Below, piece after piece: positions 8,700-17,581 of a stretch of 64,000 bases of DNA (positions are counted from its first letter, which is position 1; every line of letters begins with the position of its first letter). Below the pieces are notes generated by a model. It ran no database searches and had not been told where the DNA came from. It worked only from the letters and a program-made list of their open reading frames with translations. The position numbers and the translations under genes are program-made. Origin of the DNA: Candidatus Omnitrophota bacterium (GTDB taxonomy: Bacteria; Omnitrophota; Gorgyraeia; Gygaellales; Profunditerraquicolaceae); assembly GCA_041648915.1 (NCBI GenBank), contig JBAZOC010000002.1, positions 2,175 through 66,174 on the forward strand. Direction: 5' to 3'.

Positions 8700-11093
8700 A
8701 TGCGTAAGACATTATTCATAGTCGGGCTTTCCTGTTTCGTCGTAATTTTTCCTTTTGTTTCGTTTGCGCAAGATACCCCCAAGCCGCAGGCAGAAACCGC
8801 CTCTTCCCCGACAGTCAAAGAACATCCGCTACAGTTAGTTACCGCCGTTGAAATAAAGGGCAATAAAGCCATCAGTACCAATACTATTATTTCCAAGATG
8901 AAAACCCGTGTCGGCAGCCCCTACCAGGAAAATGTCATCAGCGATGACTTAAAAAGGCTTTATCTTTTGAATTTCTTCAGCGATATAAAGATTGATTCCG
9001 AAAGCTACAAAAACGGGCTGAAGGTTATTATTACCGTAACCGAGCGGCCGATTATTGAAAAAATTACATTTTCCGGAATACTGCGCATCACGATGAAGGA
9101 AGAGAAGCTTAAAGAACAGCTAAAATCCCGGGAAGGACAGTATCTTGATTATCCGGGGCTGGCCGCGGATGTACGGACACTCGAGAAGATGTATGAAAAG
9201 ATGGGTTATAATGCCGCCAGTATTGATTATAAGCTGGATATAAATCCGGAAACAAATAAGGTTAAGATCAATTTTAATGTAATAGAAGGCAAGAGGGTGC
9301 GCATAAAGGACATTATCATTACCGGTAATAAGGAGTTCACCCAGGCGCGGATACTTAAGCTTCTTAAAACTAAGCGCGCCTGGTTTTTTAACGCCGGCGT
9401 GCTTAAGGAAGATGTGCTTAAGGAGGATGCCGGGAGGATCAAGGCTTTTTACACCAGAAACGGTTTTATTGATGTTGCAGTTGATTACGAGGTGAAGCCC
9501 GACGTTAAAATGCCCTATTTATTGTATATCTATATCAAAATAACAGAAGGGAATAAGTATTTAGTCGGTAACGTGGTTATCCAGGGGAACAAGGATGTCT
9601 CAGAGAAAGAGATCCTTAAGCGCCTTCAGTATTGCGTCCCGGGGAAGGTTTTCAGCGAAGAGGCTATGAGAGCCGACGCGGCCAGCATCCAGGGCCTTTA
9701 TTTTGATAAGGGCTATATCTCGGCGCAGGTTCAAGATACTACGTCTTTAAATACCGCCACCAGCCGTGTGGATATACTCTATAGTATTATTGAAAACCAG
9801 ATAACCTATGTGGACAAGATCAAAATCCGCGGTAACATTAAGACCCGGGATATAGTTGTCCGCAGGGAGATGCGTATTCGTCCCGGAGACAAGTTTGACG
9901 GGGAAAAATTAAGGCGCAGCAAGGAGCGCCTGCAGAATCTGGGATTTTTTGAGGATATAAGTTATGATACTGAAGAGACGCCCAGCCCGAATAAGAAGGA
10001 TTTGATTGTTGACGTAAAAGAGACCAAGACCGGTTCATTCAGTTTTGGCGGCGGTTATAGTACGGTTGATGATTTTGTGGGATTTGTAGAGGTTGAGCAG
10101 AAGAATTTTGACTGGAGGAATTGGCCTTATTTTACCGGCGCCGGGCAAGACTTAAGGATTCGCGCCTCAGTCGGTACGACCAGCACGGGTTTTGATTTGA
10201 GTTTTACTGAACCCTGGCTTTTTGATTATCCCATATCTTTTGGTTTTGACGCTTACCGCAAGACCCATAAGAGAGATAGTGACGTAGGTTATGGTTATGA
10301 CGAAAAAGTCACCGGCGGAGATTTACGGCTGGGCAAAGAGCTATCCGAGTATATCCGGACAGATTTTACCTATAGGCTGGATTCAATTGAAATTTCTAAT
10401 ATAGACGAAGGTGCTACTTACCTACAGCAGGAAGCAGGGAAAAATCTTATCAGCAGCATAACTCCCAGTTTTGCTTTTGACAACCGGGACAATATATTTG
10501 ATACGCATAGCGGCAACCTGGTTACCGGCTCTATGCAGCTGGCTGGCGGGCCATTAGGAGGAGATAAAGACTATTGGAAGTTTTTCGGCCGGGCAAGCCA
10601 TTATTTTCCGCTGCCCAGGAACGCATCCCTGGAAATAAGAGGCAGGATAGGCCTGGCCCAGGCTTACGGGGACGGAGATGCCGACCATATACCTATCTAT
10701 GAGAGGTTTTTTGCCGGCGGCGCGTATACGATAAGAGGTTATAAGGAAAGGGCAGTTGGTCCTGTTGATCCTGTCACTAATGATCCCTTGGGAGGTAGTT
10801 CTATGTTAGTCGGAAATATAGAATACCTTTATCCGGTGTTTAGTTTTCTGAAAGTAGCCCTATTTTACGACGTGGGTAATGTCTGGGAAAAACTGGGTGA
10901 TATCGGTACCAATAAGAATGCCAATAACGTAGCTAACAGCGGAGGTTTTAAATCCAGTTTTGGCTTAGGCTTTCGTATCCGCACGCCGGTCGGGCCGATG
11001 ATGCTGGATTACGGCATACCTATGGATAAAGCTTCGGGCGAGAGTTCTAAGTCCAGCGGAAGGTTCCACTTCAGCGTAAGCAATAGTTTCTAA
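8700..11093 (+). CDS. bamA: outer membrane protein assembly factor BamA
   Basis: Signal peptide, POTRA-like repeats, and a C-terminal beta-barrel ending in an aromatic residue (..HFSVSNSF). Start set at ATG 8700 (MRKTLFIVGLS...). Confidence 0.9.
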   Translation: MRKTLFIVGLSCFVVIFPFVSFAQDTPKPQAETASSPTVKEHPLQLVTAVEIKGNKAISTNTIISKMKTRVGSPYQENVISDDLKRLYLLNFFSDIKIDSESYKNGLKVIITVTERPIIEKITFSGILRITMKEEKLKEQLKSREGQYLDYPGLAADVRTLEKMYEKMGYNAASIDYKLDINPETNKVKINFNVIEGKRVRIKDIIITGNKEFTQARILKLLKTKRAWFFNAGVLKEDVLKEDAGRIKAFYTRNGFIDVAVDYEVKPDVKMPYLLYIYIKITEGNKYLVGNVVIQGNKDVSEKEILKRLQYCVPGKVFSEEAMRADAASIQGLYFDKGYISAQVQDTTSLNTATSRVDILYSIIENQITYVDKIKIRGNIKTRDIVVRREMRIRPGDKFDGEKLRRSKERLQNLGFFEDISYDTEETPSPNKKDLIVDVKETKTGSFSFGGGYSTVDDFVGFVEVEQKNFDWRNWPYFTGAGQDLRIRASVGTTSTGFDLSFTEPWLFDYPISFGFDAYRKTHKRDSDVGYGYDEKVTGGDLRLGKELSEYIRTDFTYRLDSIEISNIDEGATYLQQEAGKNLISSITPSFAFDNRDNIFDTHSGNLVTGSMQLAGGPLGGDKDYWKFFGRASHYFPLPRNASLEIRGRIGLAQAYGDGDADHIPIYERFFAGGAYTIRGYKERAVGPVDPVTNDPLGGSSMLVGNIEYLYPVFSFLKVALFYDVGNVWEKLGDIGTNKNANNVANSGGFKSSFGLGFRIRTPVGPMMLDYGIPMDKASGESSKSSGRFHFSVSNSF

Positions 11094-11097
11094 AAAT

Positions 11098-11143
11098 AGG
11101 GACGGTTCTATTCTTATAGCCATAAAGCAATAGAACCGTCCCT
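11098..11143 (+). other. perfect 15-bp hairpin (agggacggttctatt / aatagaaccgtccct, 16-nt loop) between bamA and skp
   Basis: Inverted repeat read directly. No downstream T-tract, so it is not a classical terminator. Confidence 0.7.
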
Positions 11144-11168
11144 GAGTTAAATAAAAGGAGGAAGCAAA

Positions 11169-11669
11169 ATGAAAAAGTTGTTTGTGGTTTTATGCGCGGC
11201 ATTATTAAGTTCTTTTATCTTGACGGGCCTGGCCCAGGCAGCGGATAAGTTTGCTTATATCAATTTAGGCCGCGCCTTTAATGAATATTCCAAAACCAAA
11301 GATTACGATAAGTCCTTGACTGAAAAAGAGAATAGCTACACCGCCGAAAGAGACAAAAAGCTCAAAGAGCTGAATTCTTTTAGGGATAAATTTAAGCTTT
11401 TAAGCGATAGAGACAGAGAGGCCAAGAAGGGCGATCTAGAAAATAAGGCCAAGGCGGTCCAGGATTTTATTACCCGTAGAGAAACAGACCTGCGCAAAGA
11501 ACAGGAAGAGAGGATGAAGGAAATCCTCCAGGATATAGATGCGGTAGTGAAGACCTATGCCGAGAAAGAAGGTTATACCATGGTATTTAATGACCGGGTC
11601 TTGGTTTATCAGAATAAGTCCATGGACATCACGGACGAAATTATAGCTTTATTGAATAAAAAAAGATAG
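11169..11669 (+). CDS. periplasmic chaperone OmpH/Skp family
   Basis: Signal peptide, a Lys/Glu-rich coiled-coil body, and the bamA-skp-lpxD gene order. Confidence 0.85.
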   Translation: MKKLFVVLCAALLSSFILTGLAQAADKFAYINLGRAFNEYSKTKDYDKSLTEKENSYTAERDKKLKELNSFRDKFKLLSDRDREAKKGDLENKAKAVQDFITRRETDLRKEQEERMKEILQDIDAVVKTYAEKEGYTMVFNDRVLVYQNKSMDITDEIIALLNKKR

Positions 11670-11681
11670 CAGAAATAGATA

Positions 11682-12722
11682 ATGCGTAAAACCCTAAAAG
11701 AGATTGCTCAACTAATCCAGGGTGAAGTTATAGGTGACGGCAGTAGCGTAATTACCGGGGTATCCGGGATAAAAGAGGCGCGCGCCGGGGACATTACTTT
11801 TTTAGCTAATGCCAAATATGCCCCTCTTTTGGCTACCACTGCCGCCTCCGCAGTAATAATTTCCAGAGATACAGAGCCTCCTGCTTCTTGCGCCGTAATC
11901 CGTACTGAAAATCCTTCATTAGCCTTTGCCAGGGTTATTTCCCTTATCGTTCCCGCTGAGATAAAACACTATAAGGGTATACACCCCAGCGTCGTATTAG
12001 GTAAAGATGTTAAATTAGGCAAAGATGTCGGTATCGGGCCTTATGTGGTTATCGGAGATAACGCCCAAGTAGGCGATAAAACAGTAATCTATCCCGGGTG
12101 CTTCATCGGCCAGGATACTAAGGTCGGTAATTCCGTACTTATCTATTCTAATGTTTCTGTGCGTGAACGCGTCGCAATCGGCAATAATGTAATCATCCAC
12201 AGCGGTACGGTTATCGGGTCCGATGGGTTCGGTTTTATTGAAGTCAGCGGGAAGCACCACAAAATACCGCAGGTCGGCACAGTTGAGATCGGCGATGATG
12301 TTGAGATCGGCGCTAATGTTACTATTGACCGGGCCCGTTTTGATAAGACAGTTATCGGCCGGGGGACAAAAATCGATAATCTTGTCCAGATTGCCCATAA
12401 TGTGGTGATTGGCCAAGACTGTCTGATTGTAGCCCAGGTCGGTATATCCGGTTCTACTGTGATCGGCAACAATGTCATCCTGGCTGGCCAGGCCGGGTTA
12501 GTCGGGCATATTACCGTCGGCGATAACGCGATAGTCACCGCCCAGTCAGGCGTAAGCAAATCTATTCCTGCGGGTGCCATGTTTTCCGGGTATCCGGCGC
12601 GCCCATTCCAGGAAAACCAGAGAGCGCACGCCTACGTGCACAATCTGCCCAAATTATTCGATACAGTAAAAGAGCTTAAGAAGAAGATAGAAGAGTTGAA
12701 AGCTAAGTTAGAAGGTAAGTAA
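11682..12722 (+). CDS. lpxD: UDP-3-O-acylglucosamine N-acyltransferase
   Basis: N-terminal LpxD domain (ITFLANAKY) followed by long hexapeptide repeats. Sits in the lpx cluster. Confidence 0.92.
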   Translation: MRKTLKEIAQLIQGEVIGDGSSVITGVSGIKEARAGDITFLANAKYAPLLATTAASAVIISRDTEPPASCAVIRTENPSLAFARVISLIVPAEIKHYKGIHPSVVLGKDVKLGKDVGIGPYVVIGDNAQVGDKTVIYPGCFIGQDTKVGNSVLIYSNVSVRERVAIGNNVIIHSGTVIGSDGFGFIEVSGKHHKIPQVGTVEIGDDVEIGANVTIDRARFDKTVIGRGTKIDNLVQIAHNVVIGQDCLIVAQVGISGSTVIGNNVILAGQAGLVGHITVGDNAIVTAQSGVSKSIPAGAMFSGYPARPFQENQRAHAYVHNLPKLFDTVKELKKKIEELKAKLEGK

Positions 12723-12759
12723 CAAGTATATAGTATTTAGTATGTAGGATAAACGCAAG

Positions 12760-14055
12760 ATGAGCAAACAAAAGACGATTCTTAAAGAAATAAGTTTTAG
12801 CGGAGTTGGTTTACATACCGGAAATAAATCCAACGTTACCTTAAGGCCCGCCAAGAGCGGGACGGGGGTTATTTTTGTCCGTAAGGATTTATCCGGTTTT
12901 CCCCAGATTAAGGCCTGCGTCGAAAATATGGTTCCGGCGGAGAAGATGCCGCGGCGCACCTCCATTGAAAAGGGCCCTGCATGCGTGCAGACCGTCGAGC
13001 ACCTTATGGCGGCGTTATCCGGCTTGGGAGTGGATAATTTATATGTGGAGGTGGATAGTAATGAATTGCCGGGCCTGGACGGAAGCAGCTTAAACTTTGT
13101 GGAGTTTATTATTCAAGCAGGCATAAGAGAGCTGGATAAAGAGCGGGAGACGTTTTCTATTAAAGAGCCCATTAAGCTAGAAGAGGGGGGCGCTTCCATT
13201 GTTATCGAGCCGGCCGGAGACTTTAAGATCTCTTATACTCTTGATTACGCTAAATCGCTGCCGGAAAAGGAATTTATAGAGTTAGCGCTCAATCCGGGAA
13301 ACTTCCAGAAAGAAATAGCCCCTGCCCGGACCTTCTGCCTGGAGAGCGAAAGCGCTGAATTAAAACGCCAGGGGTTAGGCTTGGGGGCAAATTATGAGAA
13401 TACCCTGGTTTTGGATAAGACCGGCCAGGTAATTAAGAATAAGGTGCGTTTTTCCGATGAAGCTGTCAGGCATAAGGTTCTGGATTTAATGGGGGATTTA
13501 TTTTTTCTGGGGGTCCCCTTAAAGGCGCACATCAAGGCCTTTAAGAGCGGGCATTCACTAAACCTGAAATTGGTCAGGAAACTAGCCGAACAAAGGAAGA
13601 AAAATTCTATGAAAACTGAAAGCAGCGTTTTGGAAGTGACGGATATTATGAAAATTATACCGCACCGGGAGCCGTTTTTGTTTGTGGACAGGATTACTAA
13701 GATTGAGTACGGCAAGCGCGCTACCGGTATAAAAAATGTAACGATCAACGATTATTTTTTTAAGGGTCATTTTCCCGGCCGGCCCGTTATGCCCGGGGTA
13801 ATTATCGTTGAGGCAATGGCCCAGGTCGGCGCGGTGATGCTGCTTGCTTCCGAAGAATATAAAGGAAAGCTGGCGTTTTTTATGTCAATCGACAACGTGA
13901 AATTCCGTAAGCCCGTTGTGCCAGGCGACCAGCTGGTTTTTGAGGTTGAAACAGTAAAGGTAAAATCTAAAATAGGCCAGGTGCGCGGCAAGGCCTTAGT
14001 GGACGGAAAAGTTGTGGCGGAGGCGGATTTTGTCTGCGCTTTAGTAGAAAATTAA
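12760..14055 (+). CDS. bifunctional UDP-3-O-acyl-GlcNAc deacetylase / 3-hydroxyacyl-ACP dehydratase (LpxC-FabZ fusion)
   Basis: N-terminal LpxC motifs (GVGLHTG, TVEHLMAAL, HKVLDLMGDL). C-terminal FabZ hot-dog motifs (LPHREPFLFVDR, FFKGHFPGRPVMPGV). Confidence 0.92.
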   Translation: MSKQKTILKEISFSGVGLHTGNKSNVTLRPAKSGTGVIFVRKDLSGFPQIKACVENMVPAEKMPRRTSIEKGPACVQTVEHLMAALSGLGVDNLYVEVDSNELPGLDGSSLNFVEFIIQAGIRELDKERETFSIKEPIKLEEGGASIVIEPAGDFKISYTLDYAKSLPEKEFIELALNPGNFQKEIAPARTFCLESESAELKRQGLGLGANYENTLVLDKTGQVIKNKVRFSDEAVRHKVLDLMGDLFFLGVPLKAHIKAFKSGHSLNLKLVRKLAEQRKKNSMKTESSVLEVTDIMKIIPHREPFLFVDRITKIEYGKRATGIKNVTINDYFFKGHFPGRPVMPGVIIVEAMAQVGAVMLLASEEYKGKLAFFMSIDNVKFRKPVVPGDQLVFEVETVKVKSKIGQVRGKALVDGKVVAEADFVCALVEN

Positions 14056-14064
14056 GGGATAACC

Positions 14065-14847
14065 ATGCCGGTACACAAAACAGCCATAGTTGCTAAAAAC
14101 GCTAAAATTGGTGAGCATGTTTTAATCGGGCCTTATGCGGTTATTTCCGGAGAGGCGCTTATCGGCTCCGGGACTAAAATCGCCAGCCACTGTGTTATTG
14201 AAGGCAATACGACCATCGGCAAGAACTGTGAGATATTTACCGGGGCGGTTATCGGTAGCCAGCCGCAGGATTTAAAATATAAAGGAGAGAAGGTTTATCT
14301 GGAAGTCGGGGATAATAATATTATCCGCGAATACTGCACTCTTAACCCCGGGACAGAGGAAGGATCCAAGACTGTTGTCGGGGACGGAAATTTAATAATG
14401 GCCTATTCCCATGTGGCGCATGATTGCCGGGTGGGGAATAATTGCGTTTTAGCGAACGGCTCTACCCTTGCCGGCCACGTTACCATTGAGGACCGGGCAG
14501 TTATCGGCGGGTTAGTGGCGATCCATCAATTTGTCCGGGTCGGTATGCTCTCTATTATCGGCGGCTGCTCCAAAGTCGTTCAGGATATACCCCCCTATTC
14601 AACCTGCGACGGGCATCCTGCGGCAGTATTCGGTTTAAATCTTATAGGCCTGCGCCGGCACAATGTCTCCAAAGAATCCATCGGCAAGCTTTCCGATGCC
14701 TTCAGGATACTTTTTAGTTCCGGGCTCTCGGTAAAACATGCTTTGGAAAAATTAGTCAAAGAAATTAAATTAACCCCCGAAGTCGCGTACCTTGTAGAAT
14801 TCATCAAAAAGACAGAACGCGGAATAGCGCGTTCCTGCCGGAAATAA
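14065..14847 (+). CDS. lpxA: acyl-ACP--UDP-GlcNAc O-acyltransferase
   Basis: Hexapeptide repeats plus the LpxA C-terminal helical domain (GLNLIGLRRH). Confidence 0.92.
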   Translation: MPVHKTAIVAKNAKIGEHVLIGPYAVISGEALIGSGTKIASHCVIEGNTTIGKNCEIFTGAVIGSQPQDLKYKGEKVYLEVGDNNIIREYCTLNPGTEEGSKTVVGDGNLIMAYSHVAHDCRVGNNCVLANGSTLAGHVTIEDRAVIGGLVAIHQFVRVGMLSIIGGCSKVVQDIPPYSTCDGHPAAVFGLNLIGLRRHNVSKESIGKLSDAFRILFSSGLSVKHALEKLVKEIKLTPEVAYLVEFIKKTERGIARSCRK

Positions 14848-14849
14848 CC

Positions 14850-15653
14850 ATGGAGAAAATAGGCTTAATTGCCGGAAACCGGAAATTCCCTCTTTTGTTC
14901 TGCGCAGCTGCCCGGCGTAAAGGCTATTCCGTGGTCGCTGTCGCGATAAAGGCAGAGAGCTCACCCCGGATCAATAAGCTGGCGGATAAAGTCTATTGGT
15001 TGAATTTATCTGAATTCAAGCGCCTGATTGCGATATTTCAGGCTGAAGGAGTAAAAAAAATAGTTATGGCTGGCCAGGTCAGCCCGGTACGGCTATTCAG
15101 TAAAGAGGTAAAAAGAAGCCAGGAGCTGCAGCAGATACTTTCTAGTATAAAAAATAAGAAAGCAGATACGCTATTCGGAGTAATCGCGCAAAAGTTAGAG
15201 AACGCCGGTTTAGAATTGCTCAACTCCGCTACTTTTATGGAAGACCTGTTCCCTAAAAAAGGCACGCTTACGCAGGTTCAGCCTGACCCGGCGGTTTGGG
15301 AGGATGTCTATTTCGGTTTTGAGCTGGCCAAGGCAGTCGGGGCTCTGGATATCGGCCAGACAGTAGCAGTCAAAGACCAGGCGATTGTCGCGGTTGAGGC
15401 CCTGGAGGGCACGGATAACCTTATCCGGCGCGCCGGAAAGATTACCCGCACAGGCATAACCGTAATTAAAGTAGCCAAGCCCAGTCAGGATATGCGATTT
15501 GACATTCCGGTAATCGGTTTAAAGACCATTCAAATCCTGATTAAGGCAGGCGCAAAATGCCTGGCCCTGGAAGCGGGTAAGACACTTTTTATAGACCGTC
15601 AAGCCGCGGTAAATTTAGCCGATAAAAAAGGCCTGGCGATCGTCAGTGTTTAA
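14850..15653 (+). CDS. lpxI: UDP-2,3-diacylglucosamine diphosphatase LpxI (DUF1009 type)
   Basis: IGLIAGNRKFPLL N-terminus, EALEGTDNLIRRAG, and QDMRFDIPVIGLKT. Position after lpxA. Confidence 0.85.
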   Translation: MEKIGLIAGNRKFPLLFCAAARRKGYSVVAVAIKAESSPRINKLADKVYWLNLSEFKRLIAIFQAEGVKKIVMAGQVSPVRLFSKEVKRSQELQQILSSIKNKKADTLFGVIAQKLENAGLELLNSATFMEDLFPKKGTLTQVQPDPAVWEDVYFGFELAKAVGALDIGQTVAVKDQAIVAVEALEGTDNLIRRAGKITRTGITVIKVAKPSQDMRFDIPVIGLKTIQILIKAGAKCLALEAGKTLFIDRQAAVNLADKKGLAIVSV

Positions 15654-15674
15654 GGTTCCGCACTATATTAATAC

Positions 15675-15703
15675 TTGACAGTTTTTAGTCTGGGTGTATA
15701 AAT
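15675..15703 (+). promoter_or_regulatory. sigma70-type promoter (TTGACA - 16/17 nt - TATAAA/ATAAAT)
   Basis: TTGACA at 15675-15680 and an AT-rich -10 at 15697-15703 preceded by TG. Confidence 0.55.
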
Positions 15704-15716
15704 AATAAAGATAACC

Positions 15717-15733
15717 GCCTGCCCTAGGCAGGC
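15717..15733 (+). promoter_or_regulatory. 7-3-7 GC-rich inverted repeat gcctgcc-cta-ggcaggc abutting the Shine-Dalgarno
   Basis: Same architecture and core (CTGCC-nTA-GGCAG) as 1741-1757. Immediately followed by aaggaggaggg and ATG 15749. Confidence 0.6.
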
Positions 15734-15748
15734 AAGGAGGAGGGTAAT

Positions 15749-16024
15749 ATGGCTAGATTGACTGGGTCAAAACTTACTGAATTCAAGCTTTATGCTCCAC
15801 AGGCTAAAAAGGTGAGCTTAGCCGGTACTTTCAACAAATGGGATATAAAAAAGCTTCCCGCGAAAAGCGACTCTAAAGGCAACTGGATGGTTAAGGTTAA
15901 TCTCAAGCCCGGCAGGCATGAATATAAATTTGTCGTGGACGGCGTTTGGATGAGTGACCCGCGTTGTACATCCTACATAGCCAATTCCTTCGGGTCGCAT
16001 AATTGCGTTGTTGAAGTTAAATAG
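15749..16024 (+). CDS. stand-alone glycogen-binding module protein (CBM48 / AMPK-beta-like E-set domain)
   Basis: FKLYAPQAKKVSLAGTFNKWD...GNW...L.PGRHEYKFVVDGVWMSDP pattern. Confidence 0.8.
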   Translation: MARLTGSKLTEFKLYAPQAKKVSLAGTFNKWDIKKLPAKSDSKGNWMVKVNLKPGRHEYKFVVDGVWMSDPRCTSYIANSFGSHNCVVEVK

Positions 16025-16055
16025 GAGATTGTGTTTTCAGAAGCTTGAAATCCTC

Positions 16056-16090
16056 AGGGCGCTATTTAAAGTAGCGCCCTAACTTTTTCT
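16056..16090 (+). terminator. intrinsic terminator
   Basis: 9-bp stem agggcgcta/tagcgccct with a 7-nt loop, followed by aactttttct. Confidence 0.75.
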
Positions 16091-16095
16091 AAAGT

Positions 16096-16815
16096 ATGAA
16101 ATATCTCTACGGTCCGGTAAAATCGCGCAGGCTCGGGTTTTCTTTAGGGGTAAGCCTTACCCCCTATAAGACCTGTGATTTTGATTGTATTTATTGCCAA
16201 CTAGGCAAAACCACTAACCTGACCCCGGAGAGAAAAGAGTATATTCGGGTAAGCGCAATAGTTGACGAATTAAAAACCTGGTTGAGCAGTAATAAGGAAA
16301 CAGCGCAAGGCCTGGAATATATTACGTTCTCCGGTTCGGGCGAGCCTACCTTAAATACAGGATGCGGTGAGTTGATCATGGAAGTCAAGAAACTCACTAA
16401 CCTCAAAATTGCGGTCCTGACCAATGCTTCCTTACTGACAGATGGAGGGCTGCGGCGGCAGCTTTGGGGGGCGGATTTAATTGTTCCTTCCCTGGATGCG
16501 GTGACGCAGGATTTATTTGCCAGGATTGACCGCCCGTATACCGGTATAAAGATTGAAGAAATAATCGCGGGGCTTAAGGCTTTCAGGAGAGAATTCCGCG
16601 GCAAGATCTGGCTTGAGGTAATGCTGCTCAAAGGCATTAATGACGATATAAGGCATATCCGTAAATTAAAAGATGTTATTGACGCAATAAACCCGGATAG
16701 AATACAGTTGAATTCTCCGGCGCGCACTACCTCCGAGGCAGGTATTCAGGCGGTTGCCAAAGGTAAGCTCAAGAAGATCAAGGAAATTTTAGGAGAAAAG
16801 GCGGAGTTTTTTTAA
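16096..16815 (+). CDS. radical SAM protein (small, N-terminal CxxxCxxC; paralog of 36077..36868)
   Basis: YGPVKSRRLGFSLGVSL.P.KTCDFDCIYCQLG and FSGSGEPTL. Function not assignable from the sequence. Confidence 0.85.
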   Translation: MKYLYGPVKSRRLGFSLGVSLTPYKTCDFDCIYCQLGKTTNLTPERKEYIRVSAIVDELKTWLSSNKETAQGLEYITFSGSGEPTLNTGCGELIMEVKKLTNLKIAVLTNASLLTDGGLRRQLWGADLIVPSLDAVTQDLFARIDRPYTGIKIEEIIAGLKAFRREFRGKIWLEVMLLKGINDDIRHIRKLKDVIDAINPDRIQLNSPARTTSEAGIQAVAKGKLKKIKEILGEKAEFF

Positions 16816-16816
16816 C

Positions 16817-16890
16817 GCGCCTGTAGCTCAACTGGATAGAGCGCTAGCCTTCGGAGCTAGGCGTTGCAGGTTCAACTCCTGCCAGGCGCA
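16817..16890 (+). tRNA. tRNA-Arg (anticodon UCG)
   Basis: Acceptor gcgcctg/caggcgc, D arm gctc-aactggata-gagc, anticodon stem ctagc/gctag with loop ctTCGga, T arm gcagg-ttcaact-cctgc. Starts 1 nt after the rSAM stop codon. Confidence 0.9.
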
Positions 16891-16924
16891 TAAAATTATA
16901 TCGGATTTAGATCGTTTCTATTTC

Positions 16925-16953
16925 TTGCAAAGCCACCGGTTTTAAGTTAAAAT
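16925..16953 (+). promoter_or_regulatory. sigma70-type promoter (TTGCAA - 17 nt - TAAAAT) for tRNA-Lys
   Basis: Hexamers at 16925-16930 and 16948-16953. Confidence 0.6.
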
Positions 16954-17010
16954 ATAAGTCAATTTATAAAACAGGGTTGCGCTAACGCGCGGGGAAAAAC
17001 CTAAATTTTA

Positions 17011-17086
17011 GGGCCATTAGCTCAATTGGCAGAGCAGGACACTCTTAATGTCAAGGTCGTAGGTCCGACTCCTACATGGCCCACCA
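17011..17086 (+). tRNA. tRNA-Lys (anticodon CUU), CCA encoded, unusual T-loop
   Basis: Acceptor gggccat/atggccc, D arm gctc-aattggca-gagc, anticodon loop ctCTTaa, T arm gtagg-tccgact-cctac (C where U55 is expected), 3' acca. Confidence 0.8.
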
Positions 17087-17094
17087 TCTAAAAT

Positions 17095-17127
17095 CCCCTC
17101 ACTTAAAAAAAGGTGAGGGGATTTTTT
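17095..17127 (+). terminator. intrinsic terminator
   Basis: 8-bp stem cccctcac/gtgagggg followed by attttttatt. Confidence 0.85.
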
Positions 17128-17164
17128 ATTGCTATCGCCTAAGGAGTTAAGGTATAATTATTCC

Positions 17165-17581
17165 ATGGGAAATTACGAAGTTTTTGAGCATACCGCAGAT
17201 ATTGGTATCCGGGTAAAGGGTAAAGATCTAAAAGACCTGTTTAAAAATGCCGGGCTCGCCCTCTTCCAGGTTTCCAGCCGCAAACAATTCACCAAAAATA
17301 AAGCCCGCGTTAGCCTAAACATCAAAATAAACTCGGATAATTTAGAAAGCCTTTTTGTCGATTGGCTAAATGAATTACTCTCCTTATCCGCGGCCAAGGG
17401 GTTAATCTTCCATAATATTAAGATAAACAAGCTGGAAGATAATTCCGTGGAGGCACTTACCGTGGGTAGCGCTGTAAATAATTATAAAGTAAATACTGAG
17501 ATTAAGGCGGCCACCTATCATCAGCTTAAAGTCGTACGCAAGCCCACCGGCTGGCTGGCCGAGGTGATTCTGGATGTCTGA
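17165..17581 (+). CDS. archease (RtcB activator)
   Basis: MGNYEVFEHTADIGIRVKG N-terminus and C-terminal KAATYH motif. Overlaps the rtcB start. Start set at ATG 17165. Confidence 0.9.
   Translation: MGNYEVFEHTADIGIRVKGKDLKDLFKNAGLALFQVSSRKQFTKNKARVSLNIKINSDNLESLFVDWLNELLSLSAAKGLIFHNIKINKLEDNSVEALTVGSAVNNYKVNTEIKAATYHQLKVVRKPTGWLAEVILDV

Noticed and set aside
16191-16727. 178-aa minus-strand ORF, plus the many other minus-strand ORFs in the track
   Set aside because: All lie antisense inside + strand genes with strong family signatures. None has an SD, a recognisable motif or independent spacing.
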